From Podarcis tiliguerta (lineage: Eukaryota): a stretch of DNA of 64,000 nt. Below are positions 1-64,000 of this stretch, one piece after another (position 1 is the first letter of the stretch; the number at the start of each line of letters is the position of its first letter). Both the position numbers and the translations under genes were made by a program. The stretch is taken from the NCBI GenBank assembly GCA_965153285.1, contig OZ229112.1; one strand, given 5' to 3'. The notes beneath the pieces were generated by a model that was given only the letters and a program-made list of their open reading frames with translations, had not been told where the DNA came from and did no database searches.

Positions 1-927
1 AATCAGGAAAATTTGCACTGGATTTGTAAACAGGCATAGAAGTTCTACCCCTTTGTCATTCAGTTTAAGCAATCATCATTGTTCCATTCCTAACGTAGCT
101 TAGGGATATTAATGTATACAATGCTTTCGATAAGAGTGAACACTGGTTTTCCCCTTTACTTTCATTCAAGTTTGAACCATTAAGGCAGCTTCTGTAGCCT
201 AACAAATTTAGATTGCTTTTGTTGTTTAAAAGAACAATTGTTGTTGGCTTCTTTCCTTCGCTCAGTTTGCTCTTTTAAAAAGCAATTGCCTTTTGAGGGT
301 GTATCTAAAAAAGGAGAAAAAACTTTGAGGTGAGGGCTGCATTCTGTCAGGGGACAGAGGTCAGGGGTTGCATACGGGCCTATGGAGGGGTGACACCGCA
401 TTCACACTAATCCACCCACATTTTTCCATGTAACCAATACCTCTATTCACACAATTCTCAGGGCTATGCTTTCCTTTCACAGGCTCCAGCAGGGAAAGTC
501 TCCACCAGCAGCTTGCTGTTGAGGGTGCAGAGGAACTGCGGAGGAGATGGAAACCTGATGCAGGCCACGTCTCACATACGTGCCCCCGATTCAGAAGGAC
601 AAATATTGCAAGGTACTCAGTTTGTGTTTTAAAACAAATATTTAAAAAATAACACCTAAATGAAAATCCTGTTGGTCATACCACATGTATTTGCAACCAT
701 ATGACCCAAATTCAGTGTACGACATGTGCTCTGATGTACTTTGTGCATTGCTTCATTAACTTCAATTCCAGTAACAAATTTGTAAATGTAAATGAATGTC
801 CATGATCTACTTTCTCCATTTAATAAATGGAACACTATTTCCAAGTGTGGCAGCTGTGTGCACATCAGAATACATTGAACAGATTTGTTGGAAGCGGTAC
901 ATTTTGGGGGTCCTAAGGTCCTTGACA

Positions 928-1286
928 TGGGTGGAACTGTGGTCTAAACCACAGAGCCTAGGGCTTGCCAATCAGAAGGTCAGCGGTTTGAATCCCTGCG
1001 ACAGGGTGAGCTCCCATTGTTCGGTCCCAGCTCCTTCCTACCTAACAGTTCGAAGGCACATCAAGTGCAAGTAGATAAATAGGTACCGCTCCAGCAGGAA
1101 AGTAAACGGCGTTTCTGTGTGCTGCTCCGGTTCGCCAGAAGCAGCTTAGTCATGCTGGCCACATGACCCAGAAGCTGTCGGCGGACAAACGCCGGCTCCC
1201 TTGGCCTATAGAGCGAGATGAGCGCTGCAACCCCAGAGTCGTCCGCGACTGGACCTAATGGTCAGGGGTACATTTACATATACCTT
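928..1286 (+). mobile_element. Sauria SINE, near full length, with 14-bp TSD
   Basis: tRNA-like head, body CAAGTGCAAGTAGATAAATAGGTACC...GGCCACATGACC, ACCTTT-like tail; TSD TAAGGTCCTTGACA at 914-927 and 1287-1300. Confidence 0.92.
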
Positions 1287-2159
1287 TAAGGTCCTTGACA
1301 GTCAGAAGTCAAAGGGGCCACTTGCTATGTTACGTTTTTTACTGTGTGAAAATACTATTGTAAAGCACACCCCTACAAAAAATGGTTGTCTGGAAATTAG
1401 CATTGCACATGACAGTCTTGGAGACAAACAATACATGTTGCCACCAAGGAATGTTTCTACTTGGTCCACATGAATCAACTGACATGTAATGTGAGAAATG
1501 ACTTATTTTAGTAACTGCTTAATGCGCACAATTACTTGCCACTACAGACAGTTGCAGGTGCAAGGCACTTTTCTGGAGATAGTGAGAGAGGAAGAATATG
1601 TTAAATCCTCTTTATATGAAGCAATCCTCACTTTCCATGCACCATGTGATCTTTTTTTACCCATATTTATATCTGCGCTGGTAGAAAGGGTCATATTAGT
1701 CTATTGCAAAAGCAGTCCTGTTGCTTCAAAATGTATTATGGTCAACATCCACAGGTTTAGTCTGTAAATCTACTTAAATGGAAAGTGGACCTGAAAGCAA
1801 TGAGTCATTGTCTGTGTATGGATACTGGATGTATTTACGGTACTTTTAAACTACATTGTCCATATTAACATGATTGCAGGGAGGACAGCTGTATCCATAT
1901 TACATAGCTCAGCATACTAAGCTTAAATACTGGACATGATTCAGTTAAATTGAAGCACCCTGAAGTCCCTTTTCATTGCTTGAATGCTCTAGTTTCAAAG
2001 AGCTAACTTCAACTGGCTTGTGCTCATCATGTGGAAGCTAACCTATGCTGGTATCTTTCAGACCCATGGTATTAGGCCCAAAGTGAAAACCTTTTCAGAA
2101 AATTAAACTTTCTGTGCACTTCAACACTTTTGGAAGCTTGATCCATGTGCTTTAATGGA

Positions 2160-4270
2160 TGCACTTTTAAACAAGTTTATTTGGATTAAAGCCTTAACAA
2201 CTGCTTTTGTCAATTTGTTAAAGGATTTACTTACTAACCTCCCTCAGCCCCCGGCCCCAAACCCACATTCAACTGTCTCACATTCTCTACAGCCATCCTG
2301 TTAAAGCATCTCTCTTCCTTATGTCTCATCAAAGGAAAGAAAATCCAGAGCAGCTTTGGACACCTCAGTTTAAATTACTTTATAATGTTTTGCTTTTAGC
2401 TTTAAAAAAATACTGCAAAAAGTTAAAAAGCACATCAAGTCAAAAACACTTTTGGGGAAGGCTGTGTGCCTTTGTCACCTAACTTTCCTCTTAAGGCTGA
2501 ATGTGCTTTAGGAAGTTGTATAAACTACTTTCTTTTCATAGGCAGAAAAAGAAAGTGAGTTGGAGAGGTGACGAGACTTGCGTAAAATTACAAAGCAGCT
2601 TTGAACCAGATCTGAGTTTCCAATTCCATGCTGAGCTCATTACATCTTCCAGTTTACTTGCTGTTATTTATCCTGAAAAGCCTCTACAATTTTAGCTTGT
2701 TAATGGACACTAAAGAATAATCTAGATACATTAGAACTCAAGCTGAGCTTATTTGGTATACAAAATGTCTGGCCATGTACAAAAATAAACTTCATCTATA
2801 TTCACAGAAGGGAGTAAGAGATTCTACACTGCATTGTTTAATAGTTTTAGAAAACAAGAACATGGGGAAGAAAGAACAAGCTGTTTCAGCATCCCAGGTG
2901 AACCTAAGTAGAGCCCTGCTGGATCAGACTAAAGACTCATCTAGTTTAGCAGCCTGTTCTCGCAGTGCCACCCAGATGGCTTTTATTCTAATTGTCATTT
3001 TAACACCCAATAATAGAGGTATTATATTGACTTTTTGCAAGAATGACAGCTTAAAGTTTGTTCTCCCCATCAATACAATGGAATGTGATTCTTGTTCGGG
3101 TACTGTGTCAGACACACAATTTTCTTATCAGTTAATTTACTTCCCTGGATAACATTTTGTTTTTCAGAGACCAATGTTTTCCATTGATATGGTCAGGATA
3201 CCAAGTCAAAGCTGCAGCATTTCAACTGACAATATAATACAGTACACCAAATTGCAAGTAACATGAAAAACCTTTTTTTATAATTATATATGTACATACA
3301 CAAGGCAAAATATCTTTTAGCCTTTTAGTAATACCAGCATACGAACTGCCATAAACAAGTTGTTAGCCTGAGAACCAAAATCTGACTTCAAAAAGAAAAC
3401 TTTACAAAACAGATGTTACAATCTACAATAACAGCTAAAAGACACAAACCTGTCAGGTGCCAAATAATAGTGACAACAACGAAATGCCTCTGAAACATGA
3501 ATGCTGTAAGTGAACTGCTCAAAAGCATTTTAAGGCAAATAAAAAGCTGAGTGCTAAAGAAGCAGTTATAAAAATGACTTTAATTCTATACAAATAAGGA
3601 ATTTTCTGAGTTGGTCTTGGAAATTGCACTGGCATAAAAGGAGATCCACAATAACTAAATCCATTGAGGATCTTTGGCCTACCTAGAGGCTCAGAAACCT
3701 GAAAAAAATCCACCAAACACAGGAAGGAGTTTTATTTATTTATGTAAAACGAATTGGTGGAATGAAAAGGATAAACATAAGCTACTATGAAGAGATGTAA
3801 TGTTTAAGATTTTTACTTGTAAAAACACCCCCTGGGGTGTTTATGTTTGCTTAGGACTGTAGATCCATGATTTATCAATGAGATGCACTTTAACAAATGA
3901 GCAGCCCCAAAGTACAGAGACCTAACTCTATTCCTCCAAGTTCCTGGGGCTTAAAAGTTGATGTAAAGTTCCCTTTTTTGTAATGGACATGTATATTCTT
4001 AAATGGGTCGAAGCCAGCCTCAGTCTTTAAGAAACTAACATAACTGTGCCTTTTCTTTAAGGGGTAATCGGCAAGCACCGTTTCCCTCTCAATACAACTT
4101 CTTATATTTTCCTTTGTGAATTGTTGACAGAGAAACACAAGGGCCTCAACGTCTTCCCAAAGACCCCCATTGCCTGATGCCAAAGAGCTTTCTGGAGAAA
4201 TTAAAGATGAAATTGACATGGTAGGAAACTCTGGCTTTTCCAACTGGCAGGTGCTATGTTTCAGAGTGTG
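2160..4270 (-). other. SASH1: Probable SASH1 3' UTR (distal end uncertain)
   Basis: AT-rich, repeat-poor sequence after the stop; minus-strand AATAAA at 3731-3740 (two overlapping) and 2176-2181; TGTACATA at 3289-3296. Confidence 0.55.
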
Positions 4271-56706
<52,436 letters not shown>

Positions 56707-57640
56707 CTAAAACACAAAACAGAAACAGAATGATTGTGGCAAACGTCTGACGTGTCTTGGGAGTTGTCTGCAGGGCTAGCTGCCTCAAACGAAGGACCAA
56801 AATGCACCATCTGGCCCTGCCCTCCCATGTACTGACCCAACCGACGGCTGAATCTTACTTCCACACTGGCAACAGGCCAGTGTCCTCCACCACTGTACCT
56901 TGAGGGCAGAAGGCTAACTTAGGGGGCACAGGACAGGCTGTACAGCACACAGGGCTCTGTCTTCCAACAGAGGGAAATGGGGAGAGGGGCAGCTGGGGGA
57001 GGGCAAGGACACACAGCATTTGCTGTCTGGGGCAGTCGCCTCACTCTGCCTCATGGTAGGACCAGCCCTGGTTATCTGGCTCACAGTAAGTCAGGATCTG
57101 AAGCATCAAATGCCCCCTCCCTGCTCCTTTTCTTATGAATGCACACTGAAGCCAGCAAGAGAAACTGTATCTCAGCACCAGCCACACTTAAACAATGGCA
57201 TTAGCTCAGCTCCAGCCTGAATGCTCTGAAACGAGCTTCTTGTGACTGATGCAGAAAAATATGTATGGAGAACAAAAGAGTTAAAGTTACAGGGTCAAAG
57301 GGGGAAATGTGCCAAAGAATGTCCTCTCCTCTCCCCCTCCCTCCCCAGGCTGTCAACATAGAAAATTAATACAACACTTCTACCAAGTGGTAATATATTC
57401 TATGCTGTGCATGTAACTCCGCCTTTCGACTACTGCGGCAAACTGTAGCATTCTTTAATGCAAAAAATCATCATTTTTTGTGGGCTGGCAGTTTACAATA
57501 TATGAAAATAAACAGCATTAAAATTAGAAATATAAATAATGGTAATGATACTATTAATAATTACTTTCTTCAATTTAAGTTTATTATTGCTACCAAGCTT
57601 GGAGAAAAACAAGGATTTGAAGTCTCTATTCCAAAGAGAA

Positions 57641-57698
57641 AGATGATAGATAGATAGAAAGATAGATAGCTAGATAGATGATAGATAGATAGATAGAT
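57641..57698. repeat. Interrupted (GATA)n microsatellite
   Basis: Read directly. Confidence 0.9.
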
Positions 57699-60600
57699 CT
57701 TCAGAAAACAAGATGAACATTTTACTTTGAGTGTGCTTCAAAGCTTAACTACACACTCAGAGTTTGACTTTGCAAACCCATTTGATCTGCACTTTCTAGG
57801 ATTAGCAGTAGAGGGCACTGCAGTGTTTTTGATCAGCAAAAGCTCTGAGAAGAAACCAAACTGTATTTTGTTTTAGACCAGTGCACACTGTAAATGATCC
57901 AAGTGATTAGAGGCCAACAGTTTATAAGCATGAAAAACATAATCATCAATTTGCAGGGACATCATGAAAGGGGAAACGATAGCATGAAGTTTAATTTTGA
58001 TTCAGTAAATTCACCCAAGCAAAGGCAGTAACAGCAGTGTTTCGGATATGGCAAATCATCTTTCTTCTTCAGTCTGATTAGAAATTTAATCCGAGCCAGC
58101 CAGCCAACTGATGCAACCAAATTCCAGATCTGGGCTGCACCAGGTGCATGCTGGAAGGGGGCCATTGCTAGTTTCCTTACTGATGCAGTTTACACACGGG
58201 ACAGCTTGTAAAAGGAAAATTAATGGCTTGGGTGGGTTCACAGCACTAGCAGCCAAGTGCTTGATTGTTAGGAAGGAGCTCAAACAGGCACAGAAGAAAA
58301 TATATAGCAGCCTTTCGATAGGCCCTTGGAGCACAAAAATATATATATATTTAGGAGTGTGATGTGGTATATTTATAAAACTCAGGGGTTTTGTGAACAT
58401 TCATGTACTTTAATTTCCTATCTGGTCCTGCAAATGTTGTTCAACAAATTTGTGCTTTCACCCTACATCCCAGACTGCTCCTGTCTGGGGTTCTTGTACT
58501 TTTGATCATGAGAGATGTACAGACATCACCCTAGAGAATGCATCTCACCCAGCACCCCACCCCGCTCTTCAGGGTCACTATCAGGAATATAAAAACCTTA
58601 ACTTCCAGCTTTTCAGGTTATGCAGATGCATTCACAACCACATAAACAAGCTATTAAAACAATACAAATAGTGCCACAGACAGGGGAAACAGGAAAGGAA
58701 GGGACAGCCACAAAGCATCATGCTACTTGAACTTCACTACAGCAACTACACAACAGCTATAGGAATCCCCACTATCCTTTAAAAAAAAAAAGGTATTAGA
58801 ACACTTTGCAGGAATTATACTGAATTTTTATCCCATAATACTGCAAAGTACGGAAAACAGGATACTTCTGTCACTAAAAGTGTACTATGATTTAGAATAT
58901 ACAACTTATATATTAATATGGGGATTCATTGCCCTTTTGATACAATGGGGGGTGGAAGTCTGGGAAAGCGCACAGAAAGCAGACAGAACAGAAGTTCGTT
59001 CAGCAGCTAGAAAATATATTGGCTTTTAACCATTTAAAGTAGGGATGGAGAATCTGTAGCTCTTCAGGTGTTGTTAGTTTCCAGCTCCTATCATCCTTGA
59101 CCATTGCTCATGCCCTGATTTAAAGAGTTTCATGAGAGGCAGAATTTAACTGCATGTAAATTTTATGCTCAACCTTAAATGGCCTTAAATATATATATAT
59201 ATATGCTTAAAACCATTTTATGGAAGATAAGCCTATTAACACCCATGGCAGATAAATGGAACCACCACGTTCAGTACATCTCTGAATACTGGTTACTGTT
59301 TAAAGTGAGAATTTTTCTCACTTTATAACAACCTATAAGTATGTTTTTATTACAATGTCCATATTGAAGATTTGGGTGGGAGCACAGGCACCAGCTCTAA
59401 GGGACCCAGGTTCTTTCAGTCCCTCCAAGAAAATATCCCCCCCCCCCCCATGTTAAGGACAATCAGGGGCGGATTTCATAGGTGCCAACTCTAGGGGGCT
59501 CTGGTCCATTGCACCCCCAAAAAAAATTCTTCTGGGGGCAGAGCCCAGACCACATGTTTTGTCACACGCAGCTTCTTGCCACATAGGAGAAAGGTAGGGG
59601 GAAGGAGCCCTGGACCAGTGTCGGAGGAGGAGGCAAAGCATTGGGAGAAGGACCACTGAAACTGTGCCACCACCATGTTCAGCTCCGCCTCTGGCTCCTC
59701 TTGACATCACGTGTGCATCATCAGCCTTCCCAATCTTCTGCTCAAGTTGGTGCTTATGGATGGGGGGAAATGATCATAGCAGCCTAAAGGCACTTAATCA
59801 GCTTGTGACAGAGGCAAGATCAGAACCAGGGACTTTTGGGTTAACAGCTCAAAGTCTTAGCTACTACAATACACCAGCTGCCTTCATTGTTTCTAAAAAG
59901 CCCACTAGTAGCTGCTAGAAAGCAAAATATGAATTTTCCTATCTAGAAGGCATGTACCAGTTGTATATTTCTCCCATTCCTTTTCACACTTGTATACAGC
60001 AATGTTTGCTGGAGAGTAAAAAAGGACCTTTGACTTTGCATTCTATAAAGTATTTTGCCTTCAAGTCCTGCCCAAGGTGTGAATGATTAATTATTACTTT
60101 CCTTAAATATGTGGGATGAAGAATTTATGGCATTTGAAAATGGCCTTATTGTTTGATTTGACAATTATGCTGCTCTGACTGTGTTGAACCTGCAGCTTCT
60201 CTATGAACACACACCAGACATAATTTGTGTTCTTCCATTCATGGACTGACAACTCGCTCTGAAACTTAATGATGCAGTGACACTTGGCAGAAGTTTCAGC
60301 ACTGCATGTCTGAAAAGCAGCCAAATGCCATTACTCCATGGCTTTGGCCCTTTGGTTTTGCTATGCTCTGATGTACAGCTTCATTAGCAGACTTCCCAAT
60401 GAAATGCACTCCGACGCACATAGTAAAAGGGCTCTACAGATACTGACTCATGTAAGGAAGAAAGACATAGAATAGATGGCCAATTACAGACCACGATAAG
60501 GAGATCTGCTTACTACCAGATTCTAGTTCTGGTGTGAAATTAAATCCATTAAAAATGTTCATAACTTTAATCTCATGCTTTAATGTCAACGTTATTTCTA

Positions 60601-63600
60601 GGTCCATACCCCAAAACTTGATAAGTGAAAGAGGAGATGTTGAAAGAAAGATGAAGCAGGTTCCTTGGAAATGGTAAACATTCTGGGATACAACCAGAAT
60701 TTTTTTTTTGCAAAGCCTCACTTTTAGACCACAGAGTACACTCCAGCAAAGCTGGTCTTGTCTAGTTATGGTCCAACAAATGGTCAAACTGAATGAGAAA
60801 ATAGAATGGATGTTAGTCAACAGTTCTGGTGCATAAGCACCGAGAATGTGGAACACTCCAGTATGAACAATATGTATGATTTTCATCTACCTACCTACCC
60901 ATGCATCCTTCCTTCCATCCCTATTCTTCTGGATATTCCTAAGTGACTTTTTGGATTGCTTTTGAAACTATTTTGACAAATAAGAAGAAAAAAGAATACT
61001 GTTTTGATAGCAGGCCCAAAATGATCCTCCATTGGGTTGTGGTGGTGGATGCCCCACACCTCACTGCTATAGTGACCCATTTTCAATCTTCGTAACTTCC
61101 TTTTCAAAAGTGTGGTGATCCTGGCAGTGGGTTGCACTCTACAGACTGAGTGCATTACACACAGATAAAAGGGAAAGCTACTTTCGGTGTAAACACTATT
61201 TTCTGGCTCTCCTTTCAGTGAATTAGTAAAGCTTTAACTTCATCAGACCTGTCCTCATTCTAGTCTGTGTCAGACATCTGTGGGGTTTATTTTGCATACA
61301 CAGTGGCTGACTTTATAAGGCACCGAGTCCATTTGTGACCTGAAATATAAAATAGCCTTGTGCTTCTGCAATATGCAGAACAGTAAATGGAAACAAACAC
61401 CACCATGTGTGCAGCTTTTATGAACATGCTGTTTAGATCGGAAAGGTCATTGGTCCCCCCCCCCCCCAGCAACACAAAGAGAAACTGAGAATAAGATTAT
61501 CCTGATTGGTTTTTATTTTGCTATTAAGAATCATAAATACAGATGTGCTCTAAAATATACCCAGATCTCATTTATTGAATGCAAATAGCACAGGTGCATA
61601 ATGTGGTCCTAAAAATTAGACAGCTACTAAAAACCGCTCATAAAATTATACTCTCTTCTCCCTTCCCAGCATCTATTTACAAACCAAATGGAACAGATAG
61701 CCTGGTATAAAGTTATTGCTTATATTTGGAGCACAAAATGCACCAATACAAAAGCCTTTTGCTTGCTTCCTTTGAAGGTGGTTTGTTTATCTGCCTGCTT
61801 TACACAATGCCTAGTGACTAAACTACTGTGAAAACTGACACCTTTATGAGAGGAGCTGACTGACTTCAAGATAATTTATTTAAGGGGGGATGACATTGTG
61901 AGGAAAATGGGTCTTTAGTCCAATAAAGATTTGCATGGACCTGAAGGGAAATGCAAGTCTGAGGGGCTCTGACCCTGCTAGCATCAGTGTGAGAAACATG
62001 GAAAGCAGAGAGGTTCCATTCAATTATCTTGTCATTAGGTCTCCATAGCAATGGCTCTTTCAGCAGGTCAAAACTTTCTCAGCAGTTACAAACATGGCAC
62101 TGCCTTTGTTTTGTTTTGTTCCCCCCTATGTAGGCAACAGAGAGGTAGCCATGTTGATTGTGCTTACTTTACAGTGGAAGCAGGTCCCATCAGCTCACAG
62201 CATCCTTGATCATGAGTAAGATCACAGAACCTGGCTTCTAGTATGGTATCTATATTGCATCTATAAGTCTCTAGTCCAAAATAGAAAACATAGGGGAACA
62301 CCCCTTCACTGGCATGACAACAGGCAGGAAAAGAACAGGATTTTTCTTTGTCTCCTTCAAGCCATGTATGAAAAGTTGGAAGAGCCAATTTAAAAAACAA
62401 CAACAACTAGGGAGGCCTTATAGGAATTGACCAAATACTGAAGAAAAACTAGGTCCAAAGCAGATATCAGGCACACCAATACAGGGAGATTAATATGTTC
62501 TATCATTCTTGAGTTGAGTGGAGGCGGACAAAGATCTCCATCTCTCATTCAGGTTCAGAAAGATATTTTGGAAGCTCTGGGCCATACAAAAGAAATTGTC
62601 CCAAGACATTGTGTTGAGAAAATTGGGCTGAAGTTGAATAAAAGGAAGCAGTTTACAACCCACTTCGTAATTCCAAACATCCTCCATTACGATATCACCT
62701 CCAAGAACTGCTTTATGAGAACCAAAATTGAGATAATCTCCCAAAGGAACTCCCATACCTCAGAAAGTATTTGTAGCAAAGCTGAGCCCACTCTGAGAAG
62801 ATAAATCTGAAGCACCCATAGAAAGATGAGCAGTGGGAAATATCACCCTCAGTTGCACCTGAAGGCCTTCTATTCTCCCATCACTGAGGGGGCTGCTGGC
62901 AATCCATGACAATTCTCTATGCACAGACTGGGCAAGTGCTGTATGACTCAGAGAACAGGAAGACATTAGTGCTTTTTGCCCATAGTTCTGTTTCACCTCT
63001 GGCAGAATTACGTGTCACCACTTACATGGGACACTGAGAGAGAACTACACTAATGTGAAGAGTGCAGTAACATCTAGCTCTAGTTACTCACAACTGGAAC
63101 TGCTGCATTTTTTCCTCTTTCTGTAAAACCTTTGGTTCTTGATGCACCAGCTGCCTGACCCAGGCAAGGATCTCTAGGTGGAGCCATGCACTCTCCACCA
63201 GAGCTCAAGAGCTGATAGAGGCTTGAGGCCTGGGGTTGGGAGGTTACTCACTTCTGCTCTCTGTCCCTCCAGTGATGATGGGCAATGTATCCAATGACTG
63301 GCAGAGTTAATTGTGGTTTGCATGAGAGCAGAGTCTGGACTGCGTTGACCCATTCTAGTGACAGAACTAGTTCTGCCTGACCCTGTTCAGTCTCCCTGCT
63401 TGAAATCAAAGGGCAGAGAACCACTTTGGAATTTTCTTGGCCAGTTGAGACCTACCTCCAGATTACGGAGGTGAGCTTCTTTTTGGCAAAGGTTGCCTGA
63501 AGGCCAGAAATGAAAAAGGAAGGGGTAAAACCTCAGCAGCCTTCTTGCTCCAAAACATCTAGAAAGGGCTAGGTTGGGGAACACTGAACTATCTGTTAAT

Positions 63601-64000
63601 ACATGAAGATCACCAGGAAGCATGTAAAAAAGAGAGGCTAGTAAACTGTAGATTCTAAAGCTGAGGGAGGCACACACAAAAGCAGATTTGGTGTCTGAAA
63701 ATATACAGGCAGAAAGACCGGCTTGGCACAAGGTACAGAGCCCATCACCATCTACAAATGTGTTTGGGTCATGACAAACAGCATTAACTCGCAGCAACAA
63801 GCTCTACATTCTTCTGAAAGGAGGCTTTCGTTTCTCTGAGAACAATTGCCAGGAAACATTCCTTCAGCTGCTCAGAGGCACATTGGTCTGGCTTGTCACA
63901 TGTCACAAGCACTGTTTGGCTGGTTTCTCACTCCCATTGTGAATGTTATTGTGGGAGTTTCCTGCCCTACTTCTCTCAGGGAAATTATTTGCAAGCAGCA

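Noticed and set aside
62758-62792. Exon-like segment cttctcag|AGTGGGCTCAGCTTTGCT...TTCTGAG|gtatgg as possible SASH1 exon 4
   Set aside because: The peptide does not match the expected exon 4 sequence and there is a TGA in the phase-0 frame; exon 4 is probably beyond the window.

Overview
This is eukaryotic DNA from a squamate reptile (lizard or snake), judged by its Sauria SINEs, BovB fragment and MITEs. Almost the whole window is the 3' part of SASH1 (SLy-SH3-SAM-SAM adaptor) on the minus strand. I rebuilt 16 GT-AG exons by hand, corresponding to human exons 5-20 as I recall the numbering. They run from 56706 to the TAA stop at 4271, total 3298 nt, are phase-consistent at every junction and encode about 1098 aa; the 5' exons lie beyond the right edge. 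The introns hold Sauria SINEs with target-site duplications, a BovB 3' fragment, several TA-flanked Tc1/mariner MITEs and microsatellites. Four observations stand out. (1) Exon 10 reads through stop-free for 165 codons to a second in-phase GTGAGT donor; this would insert a new segment and break the HxRxxS kinase motif formed across the exon 10/11 junction. (2) A candidate internal first exon or micro-exon ending AAAATG|GTATGT lies 218 nt upstream of exon 9. (3) Tc2-like MITEs share termini but carry different GC-rich palindromic interiors, and an inverted pair brackets a 1482-nt phase-0 exon block. (4) A 238-bp free-standing foldback lies in intron 6. No prokaryotic-type system, CRISPR array or RNA gene is supported, and most short ORFs in the track are noise.
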